From: Sulfurovum sp.
GTDB taxonomy: Bacteria; Campylobacterota; Campylobacteria; Campylobacterales; Sulfurovaceae
NCBI RefSeq assembly: GCF_015493435.1
Contig: NZ_WGDD01000032.1
Coordinates: 26 to 64,025 of the forward strand
Length of the DNA: 64,000 bases
Direction: 5' to 3'
Below the pieces are notes generated by a model. It was given only the letters and a program-made list of their open reading frames with translations, made no database searches and was not told the DNA's origin. Of this stretch, positions 27,812-37,041 are shown one piece after another. Each line of letters starts with the position of its first letter. Position 1 is the stretch's first letter. Made by a program: the position numbers and the translations under genes.

Positions 27812-29821
27812 TTACACCGCCACCATTGAAATATAGTAACATCGCATACATCTTTCCGCTTCTGCGATCGCTTCTTCGCCTGTAAATCCGAGATTGACTT
27901 CTTTGTTGTTGCTCTTTCTTTCGTCTACACCGAGTTTTTCACTTTCGGCTCTCGGAAGTCCCGGCATCCAGCCTGTGATCTTTTCCTTCTTGTCATACAC
28001 CCTGAGTTTGGCAAGATGGTCTTCCATGATCTCGTCATCTGTCAGGGTACATTTTCCGTCATAGATATAGCGGCTGATGACCGAAGCGGCACGCCGTGCC
28101 TGTCCCACTGCATTGACGATGGTCATAGGGCCGTACTCACAGTCACCCGCGGCAAAAAGCCCCGGACGGGAAGTCATGAAATCTTTTCCGTTCGTCAAAA
28201 TACTGTTCCAGGATGTCATTTCAAGATTCCATTCTTCAGGCAGAAGCTGTGTATCCAGTGCCTGGGAAACCGCCGGGATCAGGTAGTCACACTCGATCTC
28301 GAAGTCACCGCCTTCAATCTTGACAAGCTGTGCACGCCCGCCGTTAGGGTCCGGTACAAGCTCGAAACGGTTCACTTTGAGTTTCGTGATATTTTCACCG
28401 TCATCAAATATTTCTTCAATCGCAGAATGGAAGATAAATTCCACCCCCTCTTCGACTGCTTCATGATATTCTTCATAAGTCGTGTTGCGAATGATCGTTT
28501 TCTCATCACGGCGGTAGAGCATGATCACCTTCTTCGCGCCTTCACGAATGGAGCATCGGACGACATCCATCGAGGTAAACCCGCCGCCGACACAAACAAC
28601 AACTTTGTCTTTAAGTTCATTGGAAGCGGGTGACCCGATGTTGTATTTATGCCAGAGATTGACTTTGTCCAGCATATCGATCGCACCCCAGTAGCCGCCC
28701 ATTTTAGTGTTTTCGTTCTCAGCACGCACTTTTTTCGAAAGTCTCGCGCCAAATCCGAGCAGTGTCGCATCATATTCGGCATCGAGCTCCTTGAGACGCT
28801 CTGCATTCACTCTGTAATTATTGGTGATACTTACCGTCGGCATACTGAGTACCAGCTCAATGTCCTTGTTGTACTTGTCCACAGGCATTCTGTACTCAGG
28901 TACACCTACCGCGACTTCACCGCCATTGACAGGAAGTTCTTCAAAGATATCAACCTGTATTCCTTCGAGTGCCAGATAATATGCCGCGGTCAATCCTGCG
29001 GGACCTGCACCGACGATTGCCACTTTTTTGCCATCGTTTCTCGGAGGCTTCGGCGTTCGAGGATGCAGCCATTCAAGATCATGGTCCGTTTCATAGTCCG
29101 CACCAAGACGCTTCAGCTCCATAATAGAGATAGGTTCATCGAGGTTTGCACGCCGGCAAGCATCTTCACACGGATGGGGGCAGACACGCCCGCAGGTATG
29201 TGCCAGAGGCATGGTCTGTCTTGTCGCTGCCAAAGAATCGGTAAAGACCATATCTCTTACCCCTTCTATATAGGCGGGAATATCCACGTGTGCAGGGCAC
29301 ATATCTGTACACGGTGCAGTGACCTTGGCGATATAGTCCGTATTGCCGCCGTAATGCCTCGACGGGATCTGCAGTTCGATACAGGTATCGAACTGCGCTT
29401 CGTAATGTTCCATCAGATCAAGGATCGGTTTGGGGACTGTTTTCCCGATCTCGCATTTTGATGTAGCCATCATCGTTTTGCTGATCTCTTTAAGATGGGC
29501 TATGTCATCATGCGAACCTTCTCCTCTGGCGATCTTGTCAAGCAAATCGTACAGAATCCTGCCGCCCCATCTACCCGGTGCGCAGCGGCCGCAGGCTTCG
29601 GAATATTCCTGATACTGTGCCGCATACTTCGAAGCCAGTTCCACCGCATCGATATCTTCGTCAAAGATGGCAACACCATCCCAGCCGATGAACGCTTTGG
29701 AGTTCTTCTCCCCGTGATAGGTTTCAGGCAGTTTGAATTCGGACTGGCTCGACTCGTCAGAGGATTTACCGCGGTTGTCGATAAACTCGCCTCTCCAAGT
29801 TGAGAATACAATTCCAGACAT
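27812..29821 (-). CDS. Fe-S flavoprotein: NuoF-C-terminal-like domain fused to a GltD/SudA/NfnB-like oxidoreductase
   Basis: EACGRCAPGRWG...KCEIG; CTDMCPAH, CGRVCPHPCEDACRR; GAGPAG; GGGFTSMD...YRR; EAERCMRC. Confidence 0.88.
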   Translation of the reverse strand: MSGIVFSTWRGEFIDNRGKSSDESSQSEFKLPETYHGEKNSKAFIGWDGVAIFDEDIDAVELASKYAAQYQEYSEACGRCAPGRWGGRILYDLLDKIARGEGSHDDIAHLKEISKTMMATSKCEIGKTVPKPILDLMEHYEAQFDTCIELQIPSRHYGGNTDYIAKVTAPCTDMCPAHVDIPAYIEGVRDMVFTDSLAATRQTMPLAHTCGRVCPHPCEDACRRANLDEPISIMELKRLGADYETDHDLEWLHPRTPKPPRNDGKKVAIVGAGPAGLTAAYYLALEGIQVDIFEELPVNGGEVAVGVPEYRMPVDKYNKDIELVLSMPTVSITNNYRVNAERLKELDAEYDATLLGFGARLSKKVRAENENTKMGGYWGAIDMLDKVNLWHKYNIGSPASNELKDKVVVCVGGGFTSMDVVRCSIREGAKKVIMLYRRDEKTIIRNTTYEEYHEAVEEGVEFIFHSAIEEIFDDGENITKLKVNRFELVPDPNGGRAQLVKIEGGDFEIECDYLIPAVSQALDTQLLPEEWNLEMTSWNSILTNGKDFMTSRPGLFAAGDCEYGPMTIVNAVGQARRAASVISRYIYDGKCTLTDDEIMEDHLAKLRVYDKKEKITGWMPGLPRAESEKLGVDERKSNNKEVNLGFTGEEAIAEAERCMRCYYISMVAV

Positions 29822-30459
29822 TATTTAGCCTTTGGTTTTCTGGCAGTGTTTCTTCTGGCTGCAGATTTTTTTACAGGCTTTTTTGCGGGTGCCGGTTTTT
29901 CTGCTTTTGCAGCTGCTTCTTTGGCTGCAGCTTCCTCTGTCGCCTTTTTTTCCGCTTCGGCTTCTTCTGCCGCTGCTTTTTCTGCTTCAGCTTTGGCTTT
30001 AGCCTCTTCTTCCGCTTTTTTGGCTGCATCTTCCGCCGCTTTCTTTTCTGCTTCCGCTTTGGCAGCCGCTTCTTTGGCTTCCGCTTCCGCTGCTGCTTTT
30101 TCTGCTTCTTCTTTGGCTTTTGCCTCTTCGGCTGCTTTCAGTGCAGCGGCTTCTTCCGCCCCTTTGGCCGCTTTTTCTGCGGCCGCTTTGGCAGCAGCGA
30201 TTTTTTCGGCACGTTCTTTTCTTACTTCTTCATCCACTTTTTTGACGACGACCGTCCAGTCCACTTCATTGAACTTCAGTGAATTCATCAGATCATGCCC
30301 TGTTTCTTTAATGACATCGGCAGACTTTTGAATGGAAGAGAAATCTCCTACTTCGAAAAGGAAGATGCCTGCTTCTCCGACTTTCAGCCCGTTATCGATA
30401 AGTTCGACCATTCTGTCATAGAAATCGTCATGTAAATGTCTTAAATCATATCTTTTCAT
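29821..30459 (-). CDS. NuoX-like (Campylobacterota 'NuoE family') subunit with a long Ala/Lys/Glu-rich tail
   Basis: N-terminal ~75 aa MKRYDLR...LFEVGDFS...LMNSLKFNEVDWTVVVKK; sits directly after nuoD; AEK repeats. Confidence 0.8.
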   Translation of the reverse strand: MKRYDLRHLHDDFYDRMVELIDNGLKVGEAGIFLFEVGDFSSIQKSADVIKETGHDLMNSLKFNEVDWTVVVKKVDEEVRKERAEKIAAAKAAAEKAAKGAEEAAALKAAEEAKAKEEAEKAAAEAEAKEAAAKAEAEKKAAEDAAKKAEEEAKAKAEAEKAAAEEAEAEKKATEEAAAKEAAAKAEKPAPAKKPVKKSAARRNTARKPKAK

Positions 30460-30467
30460 AGTCTCTC

Positions 30468-31697
30468 CTATCTGTCAACTTCACCGAATACGATATTGGT
30501 AGAACCAATGATCGTAACGACGTCAGCAATATATGTTCCTACAAGAATTTCCTGCAGCAGTCCTGTATGGAAAAAACTCGGTGCTCTACACTTCAGTCTG
30601 TAAGCATACGGTTCACCTTCCGACTTAATATAGAAACCAAGCTCGCCTTTTGGTGACTCTGTCGGTACATAGACTTCACCTTTAGGCGGTCTCATACCCT
30701 GTGTGACCAGAACAAAGTGCTGCATCAACGCATAGTTCTGTGTCATGATCTCCTCTTTCGGAGCTGAAATGTACTGCGGAGCATGTGCCATCAGCTGAGG
30801 ATCGGATTCTTTGTACATCGGTACAAGCTGTCTCAAAATTCTCGTAGATTGTTTCATCTCTTCCATATAGAGTCTGTAGCGTCCGTAGGAATCACATCTG
30901 TTACTTACAGGAATGTCAAAGTCAAGTTCACCGTAAAGCTCATACGGTTCCTCTTTTCTGATATCCCAGTTGACACCGGAACCTCTGAGCATTGGTCCGG
31001 TACAGCCCCAGGAAAGCGCATCTTCTGCCGAGATAACCCCGACATCTTCCAGACGCATTTTCCAAATACGGTTTTCCTGAAGCAGAGCATTATAGGTATG
31101 CTCCAGCTCATGATCTACTTTATCACAGAATGAGATCATGTTAATGATCCAGTCTTTCGGGAGGTCAAGAGGCACTCCGCCGATACGTACAGATGAGTGG
31201 GTCAGTCTGGCACCGCAGTACTCTTCCATCAGGTCCATCGCATATTCACGTTCACGGAAAGCATACAGAAATACGGACATAGCACCGACATCGAGGGCAT
31301 GGGTTGCAATAAAGAAAAGGTGTGAGATGACTCTGTTCAATTCAAGCAGCATCGTTCTGATCACCTGTGCACGTCTTGGTGCTTCAATACCAAGCAGTTT
31401 CTCTACAGCCAGGGCATAGGCATAGTTGTTTGAAGTAGACGCGATATAGTCAAGTCTGTCCGTCGTTGGCAAAAACTCATTATAAGTCATGTTCTCTGCC
31501 ATTTTTTCGATACCTCTGTGAAGGTAACCAATATCCGGATAGGCTTTAACGACCTGTTCACCATCCAGTTCAAGAACCAGTCTTAACTGACCGTGCGCAG
31601 AAGGGTGCTGCGGACCGAAGTTGATGACCATCGTATTGTCATCTCTCTCAAAATTGAGGTTTTCAAAAAACGGGGTTAGTTTATTGGGTTGTTGCAT
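30468..31697 (-). CDS. nuoD: NADH-quinone oxidoreductase subunit D
   Basis: [37 protein letters not shown]. Confidence 0.97.
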   Translation of the reverse strand: MQQPNKLTPFFENLNFERDDNTMVINFGPQHPSAHGQLRLVLELDGEQVVKAYPDIGYLHRGIEKMAENMTYNEFLPTTDRLDYIASTSNNYAYALAVEKLLGIEAPRRAQVIRTMLLELNRVISHLFFIATHALDVGAMSVFLYAFREREYAMDLMEEYCGARLTHSSVRIGGVPLDLPKDWIINMISFCDKVDHELEHTYNALLQENRIWKMRLEDVGVISAEDALSWGCTGPMLRGSGVNWDIRKEEPYELYGELDFDIPVSNRCDSYGRYRLYMEEMKQSTRILRQLVPMYKESDPQLMAHAPQYISAPKEEIMTQNYALMQHFVLVTQGMRPPKGEVYVPTESPKGELGFYIKSEGEPYAYRLKCRAPSFFHTGLLQEILVGTYIADVVTIIGSTNIVFGEVDR

Positions 31698-31705
31698 CTT
31701 CTTCC

Positions 31706-32491
31706 CTACCTTCTCTCATCTAATTGCTTGGATGAATTTTTATTGTAATCCACAAGGATCGTTTCACTGTATTCGATTGGCTGCTCTTTCTCTCCTTCGG
31801 AGATATCGGCACCGAACGGTACTTCGTATCCGACTCTGGAGAAACGCTTCGTATCGTATCTGTCAATACGCGCAGGGTCTCTGTTTTCCGGCCCGATCAC
31901 ATCTCTGTACTCTTTGCCGAAGATCTTGTCGACTTCATACCATGAAGCGAATTCATCGCCATGCAGCGGATAGGTTTTCAAAAGCGGGTGTCCTTCCCAG
32001 TCATCCGGCATAAGAATACGCTTGAGGAAAGGATGGTTGTTAACCTTGATACCGAACATATCGAACATTTCACGCTCAGCAAAGTTCGCCGATCTGAAGA
32101 GCGGTTCGATGCTTTCGATCGCTTCCTTTTCTTTGATGCGTGTCACTACTCTGACTCTTTTGGCTTCGGTAATGTTGAGCAGCTGCCAGAACAGTTCGAA
32201 CTCTCCGTCCTGTGCAAGATAGTCCACGGCGGACTGCTCGGAACACTGCGTATAGCCGCACTCTTCTTTAAGGGTTTTCATGACATCAAAATTATCTGTT
32301 GATTTTATGTGTATGACAAGCTGACCGACAGAGACATAGGACTCTTTGGCTTTTCTGCCCAATGCTTTGACGACATCGGCAAAATGGCTTCCTGCCTCTA
32401 CTTCTGTCTGCGGCACACGCGGCGCGACCCAGTATCTGTCCGTATAATAGGACTTTTTCTGTACATTGTCTTTGGGAGTATATTTTCTCAT
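31706..32491 (-). CDS. nuoC: NADH-quinone oxidoreductase subunit C
   Basis: [29 protein letters not shown]. Confidence 0.95.
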   Translation of the reverse strand: MRKYTPKDNVQKKSYYTDRYWVAPRVPQTEVEAGSHFADVVKALGRKAKESYVSVGQLVIHIKSTDNFDVMKTLKEECGYTQCSEQSAVDYLAQDGEFELFWQLLNITEAKRVRVVTRIKEKEAIESIEPLFRSANFAEREMFDMFGIKVNNHPFLKRILMPDDWEGHPLLKTYPLHGDEFASWYEVDKIFGKEYRDVIGPENRDPARIDRYDTKRFSRVGYEVPFGADISEGEKEQPIEYSETILVDYNKNSSKQLDERR

Positions 32492-33009
32492 TACACCAAC
32501 CTCAAATTCTGTTTTGTATTGTTATTCATATTGGCAGACTCTCTTCTGATCTTCTTTTGAAGCATCATCAACGCATACTGAAGCGTCTCCGGTCTCGGTG
32601 CACAGCCCGGAAGGTAAATATCTACCGGTATGATCCTGTCAACCCCCTGCACTGTCGCATACGTATTGAACATACCGCCGGTATTGGCACAGGACCCCAT
32701 GGAGATAACCCACTTGGGCTCTGTCATCTGGTCATAAAGTCTTCTCGCGAACTCAGAGTGTTTTTTGGAAAGTGTTCCCGCAAGGATCATGACGTCCGCC
32801 TGTCTCGGGGAAGCCCTGAAGATCGTACCCATACGGTCGAAGTCGTAGCGTGATGCACCCGATGCCATCATTTCGATCGCACAACATGCGAGCCCGTATG
32901 TCAGTGGCCAGAGCGAGTTCGAACGCCCCCAGTTTACCAATTTGTCTACCGACGTCAATGCTATCGGCAAGCCTGCTGCTGAGGCATAATTTACTTGATG
33001 CTGTGCCAT
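32491..33009 (-). CDS. nuoB: NADH-quinone oxidoreductase subunit B
   Basis: [33 protein letters not shown]. Confidence 0.97.
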   Translation of the reverse strand: MAQHQVNYASAAGLPIALTSVDKLVNWGRSNSLWPLTYGLACCAIEMMASGASRYDFDRMGTIFRASPRQADVMILAGTLSKKHSEFARRLYDQMTEPKWVISMGSCANTGGMFNTYATVQGVDRIIPVDIYLPGCAPRPETLQYALMMLQKKIRRESANMNNNTKQNLRLV

Positions 33010-33380
33010 TCAAGTGCTCCTTTCTTCCATGCATATACAAAACCGATCGCGAGTAATACGATAAAGAGTATCATCTCCGCAAATCCGAACCAGCCAAGCA
33101 GTTTAAAGTCGATCGCCCACGGGAACATAAAGATGATCTCCACATCGAAGAGGATGAAAAGAAGTGCGATCAGATAGAACTGCGCCGAGATCGTGTTTGG
33201 CTGTTTAGTGACTTCCGGGCCACATTCGTAGATGGTAAGCTTGAGCTTTTCCGTATCAAGTTTGGCCAGTTTTCTACTGACAATACGTGCCAGTGCGAGT
33301 GTTGCAGGAAATGCAACGGCTGTCAAAGCAAATAAAACAAAGACACCGAAATACGGGTGTTCTGTAATTACATGAGTCAT
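32991..33380 (-). CDS. nuoA: NADH-quinone oxidoreductase subunit A
   Basis: [29 protein letters not shown]. Confidence 0.96.
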   Translation of the reverse strand: MTHVITEHPYFGVFVLFALTAVAFPATLALARIVSRKLAKLDTEKLKLTIYECGPEVTKQPNTISAQFYLIALLFILFDVEIIFMFPWAIDFKLLGWFGFAEMILFIVLLAIGFVYAWKKGALEWHSIK

Positions 33381-33563
33381 AGTTATCCCTTTTCGTTATT
33401 TGAGAGTTTTCTCAGAATATCACTTTTATACTATCCAAAAGAGTATTAAAGTAGTTGAGCACCTATTTTTGTTTCCGAATGAGAAAGTGTGACTGTAACT
33501 AAGTGAAACAGAAAAACAGCTACAATGTCGGTTGAATTATCATGTTTATAAGGATTTGCTGTA

Positions 33564-33965
33564 ATGAAAAAGACCAATATTCTCTACTGGATCGCAATGG
33601 CAGGCGTGCTTTTTTACATTGCCTATACTAAAGGCTGGATCCTTGCACCCTTTGAATCGATCAGTCCCAAACAGGCTGCTCTACTCATAGAGAAAGGTGA
33701 CAATGTTTCGCTTTTGGATGTCAGAACCATCCCGGAATACAAAAGCGGTCACATCAGAGGTGCCCAACTCATCCCGCTGGGCCAGCTTGAGAGCAACCTT
33801 GACAAGCTCAAAACCGACAAAAACAAAAAGATCATCGTCTACTGCCGCAGCGGAAGCCGCAGCGTTGCAGCTTCACGCATTTTGGAAAAGCACGGTTTTG
33901 TACCGCTCAATGTAAAACAGGGGATGATCGGCCTGCGGGGGACCGACCTGGAGATCGTGAAGTGA
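33564..33965 (+). CDS. Rhodanese-like domain protein with an N-terminal membrane anchor
   Basis: LLDVRT..EY..GHI.GA, YCRSGSRS. Confidence 0.9.
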   Translation: MKKTNILYWIAMAGVLFYIAYTKGWILAPFESISPKQAALLIEKGDNVSLLDVRTIPEYKSGHIRGAQLIPLGQLESNLDKLKTDKNKKIIVYCRSGSRSVAASRILEKHGFVPLNVKQGMIGLRGTDLEIVK

Positions 33966-34003
33966 TTTTAGGATTTGTGTCTGATTGAAATGCATGGGTT
34001 CGT

Positions 34004-34085
34004 GGTGCTGTCGGGGGACAGCACCCTACGCGAATTGCAATATGATCATGAATACCCACGTAGGGTGCCGTGTCCCCACGGCACC
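34004..34085. repeat. Pair of GTAG-type REP palindromes in opposite orientation
   Basis: GGTGCTGTCGGGGGACAGCACCCTAC (34004-34029) and GTAGGGTGCCGTGTCCCCACGGCACC (34060-34085). Confidence 0.8.
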
Positions 34086-34105
34086 ATTTCAGTTTTTTTC
34101 CGGGT

Positions 34106-35857
34106 TTATACCTTGAAGCCCATACTCTTTGCCCCGTCAAAACTGGAACCCATCTCTTTTTCTATTTCTTCAAGAAAATCCTGGTTACTGAAAACACTTT
34201 CCTCTCTTACAGCCACTTTATATGCCGTATTTTTGATGACAAGATTGATCTGTCCGCCTGTCAATTCATATTTTGAGAGTGCTTCTACATTGAAACCCTC
34301 ATCGTAGTCCGCTTTTTCGGGGAGCATGAACTGCCAGAGTCTCAGGCGCTGTTTTTTGCCCGGTTTCTTGAACTCTATTTTATAGTTGAAACGTCTTGAA
34401 AATGCTTTGTCAATGTTCCCCAGCAGATTCGTTGTCGCGATGAGGATGCCTTCGAATTTTTCTATCTGCTCGAGGAAGATATTTTGCATCTGGTTATGCA
34501 TTTTGTCTGCCGAAGAGCCTGCCCCTTCACTGCGCGAACTGAGGAACTGGTCGGCTTCGTTGAGAAGCAGAATGGGGTCGACCTTTGCTTTTCGGCTCAG
34601 TTCTTTGAAGTCATCGAAGATCCTTCTGACATTCTTTTCGCTCTCGCCCACGTACATGGAGAGGATCTTTGAACAGTCAAAAGAGAGAATAGGACGCTTG
34701 AGCGTTTTGGCAAGGCTCATCGCTGTCATCGTTTTTCCCGTACCCGCGGCACCGTAGAAAATGATACGCGCATCAATACCTTTGCGTTTGTCTTTGATGC
34801 CCCATTCTTTGAGTTTTTTGAACACTTCCTTGTCAACCTGTTTAACAACATTGTTCAGTGTTTCCCTTGTTTTGGGATGCAGTACGACATCATCAAGCGT
34901 TGTAACGGGCTTGAGGTACTCGAAAAGCTCCTGTTCCTGTACCAGAGCATCAAGCTTGAGTTTCGTCACCTTTTTCTTTTTCTTGGGATGGATGATCCGC
35001 TGCATCACCTCTTCCTGCAGGTAGAAAGAACGGCTTACCCCGCCGAACATGTTGAGAATTTCCTCATAGTCGATGATTCCCTCAGTAATGAGTTTTGCGC
35101 CATCTTCAAGCAGGGCACGGTTCTTGATCTTTTCATATTCGTCGAAGGAGATCAGTTCTATAAGCGTGTTCATATCGCGGAATTGCCCTTCTCCGCCGCT
35201 GTACTCTTCTTTCAGCAGCGCAAGAAAAATACGCTGTTCTTTTTCATCAAGCTGTTTTTCGCTGAAAAATTCCTCTACAACGATGGCTGTCTCCGTGATC
35301 TTTACTCGCTCTTCGATACGTTTTGTCAACAATGTCAACTTGTTCTTCAGCCGGCCTATGCTCAAAGAGTTGTCCGCAAAACCCTGCTTGAACGTAGCGA
35401 TCTTATGCAGCAGGGCAACCATGTCGAACTGATCCTGAAGATATTCAAGGTGGTCCGTATAGGGTTTCACTTCAGGCAGGGAGAGTTCTAAAGAGCCTTC
35501 TTCAAGCAAGCGAAGCAGCGAGATGCTCGGAGTGATCGAAGTATTTAAAAGTTCAAGCTGTGAAGTTTCGTGTGCCTTGACCTGTCCGAAACTCATTTGT
35601 ATGAACCAGCCCAGGTCGAGCAGGTTTTTGACCACATCCAGTTTTTTCAGATAGGCATATCCCGGCTGGGAAAATTTGTCCTGCAGCAGTTCAAGGACAG
35701 AGATTTCCTCAATACCTTTGACATACCTGCGGCAGACATACTGAATGAGTTCTGCTTCTTCTCTGGTACATTTCAAATGTTTGAAGATCGATGCTTTTGA
35801 CACATCTTTTGTTTCTATAAAATCAATGAGATATTTCAATCGTTTTCCTGTAATCAT
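34106..35857 (-). CDS. AAA+ family ATPase
   Basis: Walker A GAAGTGKT, SMYVGESEKN, Walker B variant LLLNEAD, ATTN, AFSRRF, LTGGQI. Confidence 0.9.
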   Translation of the reverse strand: MITGKRLKYLIDFIETKDVSKASIFKHLKCTREEAELIQYVCRRYVKGIEEISVLELLQDKFSQPGYAYLKKLDVVKNLLDLGWFIQMSFGQVKAHETSQLELLNTSITPSISLLRLLEEGSLELSLPEVKPYTDHLEYLQDQFDMVALLHKIATFKQGFADNSLSIGRLKNKLTLLTKRIEERVKITETAIVVEEFFSEKQLDEKEQRIFLALLKEEYSGGEGQFRDMNTLIELISFDEYEKIKNRALLEDGAKLITEGIIDYEEILNMFGGVSRSFYLQEEVMQRIIHPKKKKKVTKLKLDALVQEQELFEYLKPVTTLDDVVLHPKTRETLNNVVKQVDKEVFKKLKEWGIKDKRKGIDARIIFYGAAGTGKTMTAMSLAKTLKRPILSFDCSKILSMYVGESEKNVRRIFDDFKELSRKAKVDPILLLNEADQFLSSRSEGAGSSADKMHNQMQNIFLEQIEKFEGILIATTNLLGNIDKAFSRRFNYKIEFKKPGKKQRLRLWQFMLPEKADYDEGFNVEALSKYELTGGQINLVIKNTAYKVAVREESVFSNQDFLEEIEKEMGSSFDGAKSMGFKV

Positions 35858-35928
35858 GCATATTTTTTGTTTGAGTATAACAAATATTTGATATACTCTT
35901 ACTAATCACTTTTTTTCGGAGGATCATA

Positions 35929-36345
35929 ATGTATAAACTTTTCTTAGCGTTCATTGCCCTGACTGCCCTTCTTGCGGCAGAAGCCACCATGGTCAAAGAC
36001 AGCCGGCACGGTCTGATGTGGGAAGACACACCGCACGTCAGAGAGACCAAGGTCACACAGCCGCGGGCAAAAGAATACTGCAGCGAACTCAAACTGGGCG
36101 GATTTGACAACTGGAGACTGCCGACGATCCATGAACTGCTTACGATCGTTGACTATCATCGTGTTTCTCCAGCTCTTCCCAAAGCATTCTCTTACGTGGA
36201 AGATGAATCCTTTTACTGGACAAAAACACATGTTGCCGATGAGGATGATGCATTCTGGGGTGTGAATTTCAAACGCGGCGCAAGCAGCAAGGCATCTCAG
36301 TACTATGACCGCTATGTCCGTTGTGTCCGTGATTTGAAAAAATAA
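35929..36345 (+). CDS. Secreted DUF1566/Lcl-type domain protein
   Basis: Signal peptide, GLMWED, YCSELKLGGFDNWRLPTIHEL, FYWTKT, YVRCVR. Confidence 0.85.
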   Translation: MYKLFLAFIALTALLAAEATMVKDSRHGLMWEDTPHVRETKVTQPRAKEYCSELKLGGFDNWRLPTIHELLTIVDYHRVSPALPKAFSYVEDESFYWTKTHVADEDDAFWGVNFKRGASSKASQYYDRYVRCVRDLKK

Positions 36346-36382
36346 TATCTTCTGTCCGGCTCTCCGGTATGCAGGGAATACT

Positions 36383-36772
36383 TCAGTCTTCTTTGAAATA
36401 GAGGGAGAGCTTCTCTGTAAACGTATTGATGTCATAGGGTTTGAGAATAAAATCATTCGCGCCCATTTTTCGGAACTCTATTTCATCGAGTCCGTCAACC
36501 GTAATGATGAGCACCGGCAGGTTATCCATAGATTTATCGGCTCTGATCTCCTGAAGTATTTCCCTGCCGCTTTTCCCTGGCAGGTGCAGATCAAGCAGAA
36601 CCATATCGATCTGGGGCTCTCCCGACGACAGCATCTGCAAGGCTTCGTCTCCGTCATCTGTCGACACGACCGTGGCATTTATGATCCTGGAAAGGATCGT
36701 TTCAATGAGCTGGATATTGAAGGTGTCATCCTCAACGATCAGTATATTCTTGCTTATATTTTTAAATTCCAT
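36383..36772 (-). CDS. Stand-alone response regulator receiver protein
   Basis: ILIVEDD, VLLDLHLPGKSG, GANDFILKP. Confidence 0.9.
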   Translation of the reverse strand: MEFKNISKNILIVEDDTFNIQLIETILSRIINATVVSTDDGDEALQMLSSGEPQIDMVLLDLHLPGKSGREILQEIRADKSMDNLPVLIITVDGLDEIEFRKMGANDFILKPYDINTFTEKLSLYFKED

Positions 36773-37041
36773 TCTTTCCCTTTCTAATATATCTCCGGCT
36801 ATTATATATCATTTAAAATAAAATCATCATATTTCCTATGGAGGGATTTGACTCATAGTTATTTCTGATTAAAAATTTGATATACTGCCTCTACTCGGAT
36901 CATGCCATAGAATACCGGTCTTCAGCATATCGCAGGTATGCACCAAACAGGCACTTACAGCATGTTGGCCATTTAAGTGTATCATCCGGGATAAAATAAA
37001 GGGTACCTCTAATCATAGGTGCCCTAAAACGGAAGCGTGTA

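Noticed and set aside
9417-36345. Diversity-generating retroelement targeting the FISUMP-like or DUF1566 C-termini
   Set aside because: No reverse transcriptase, Avd or template-repeat copy was found in the window; it could exist elsewhere in the genome
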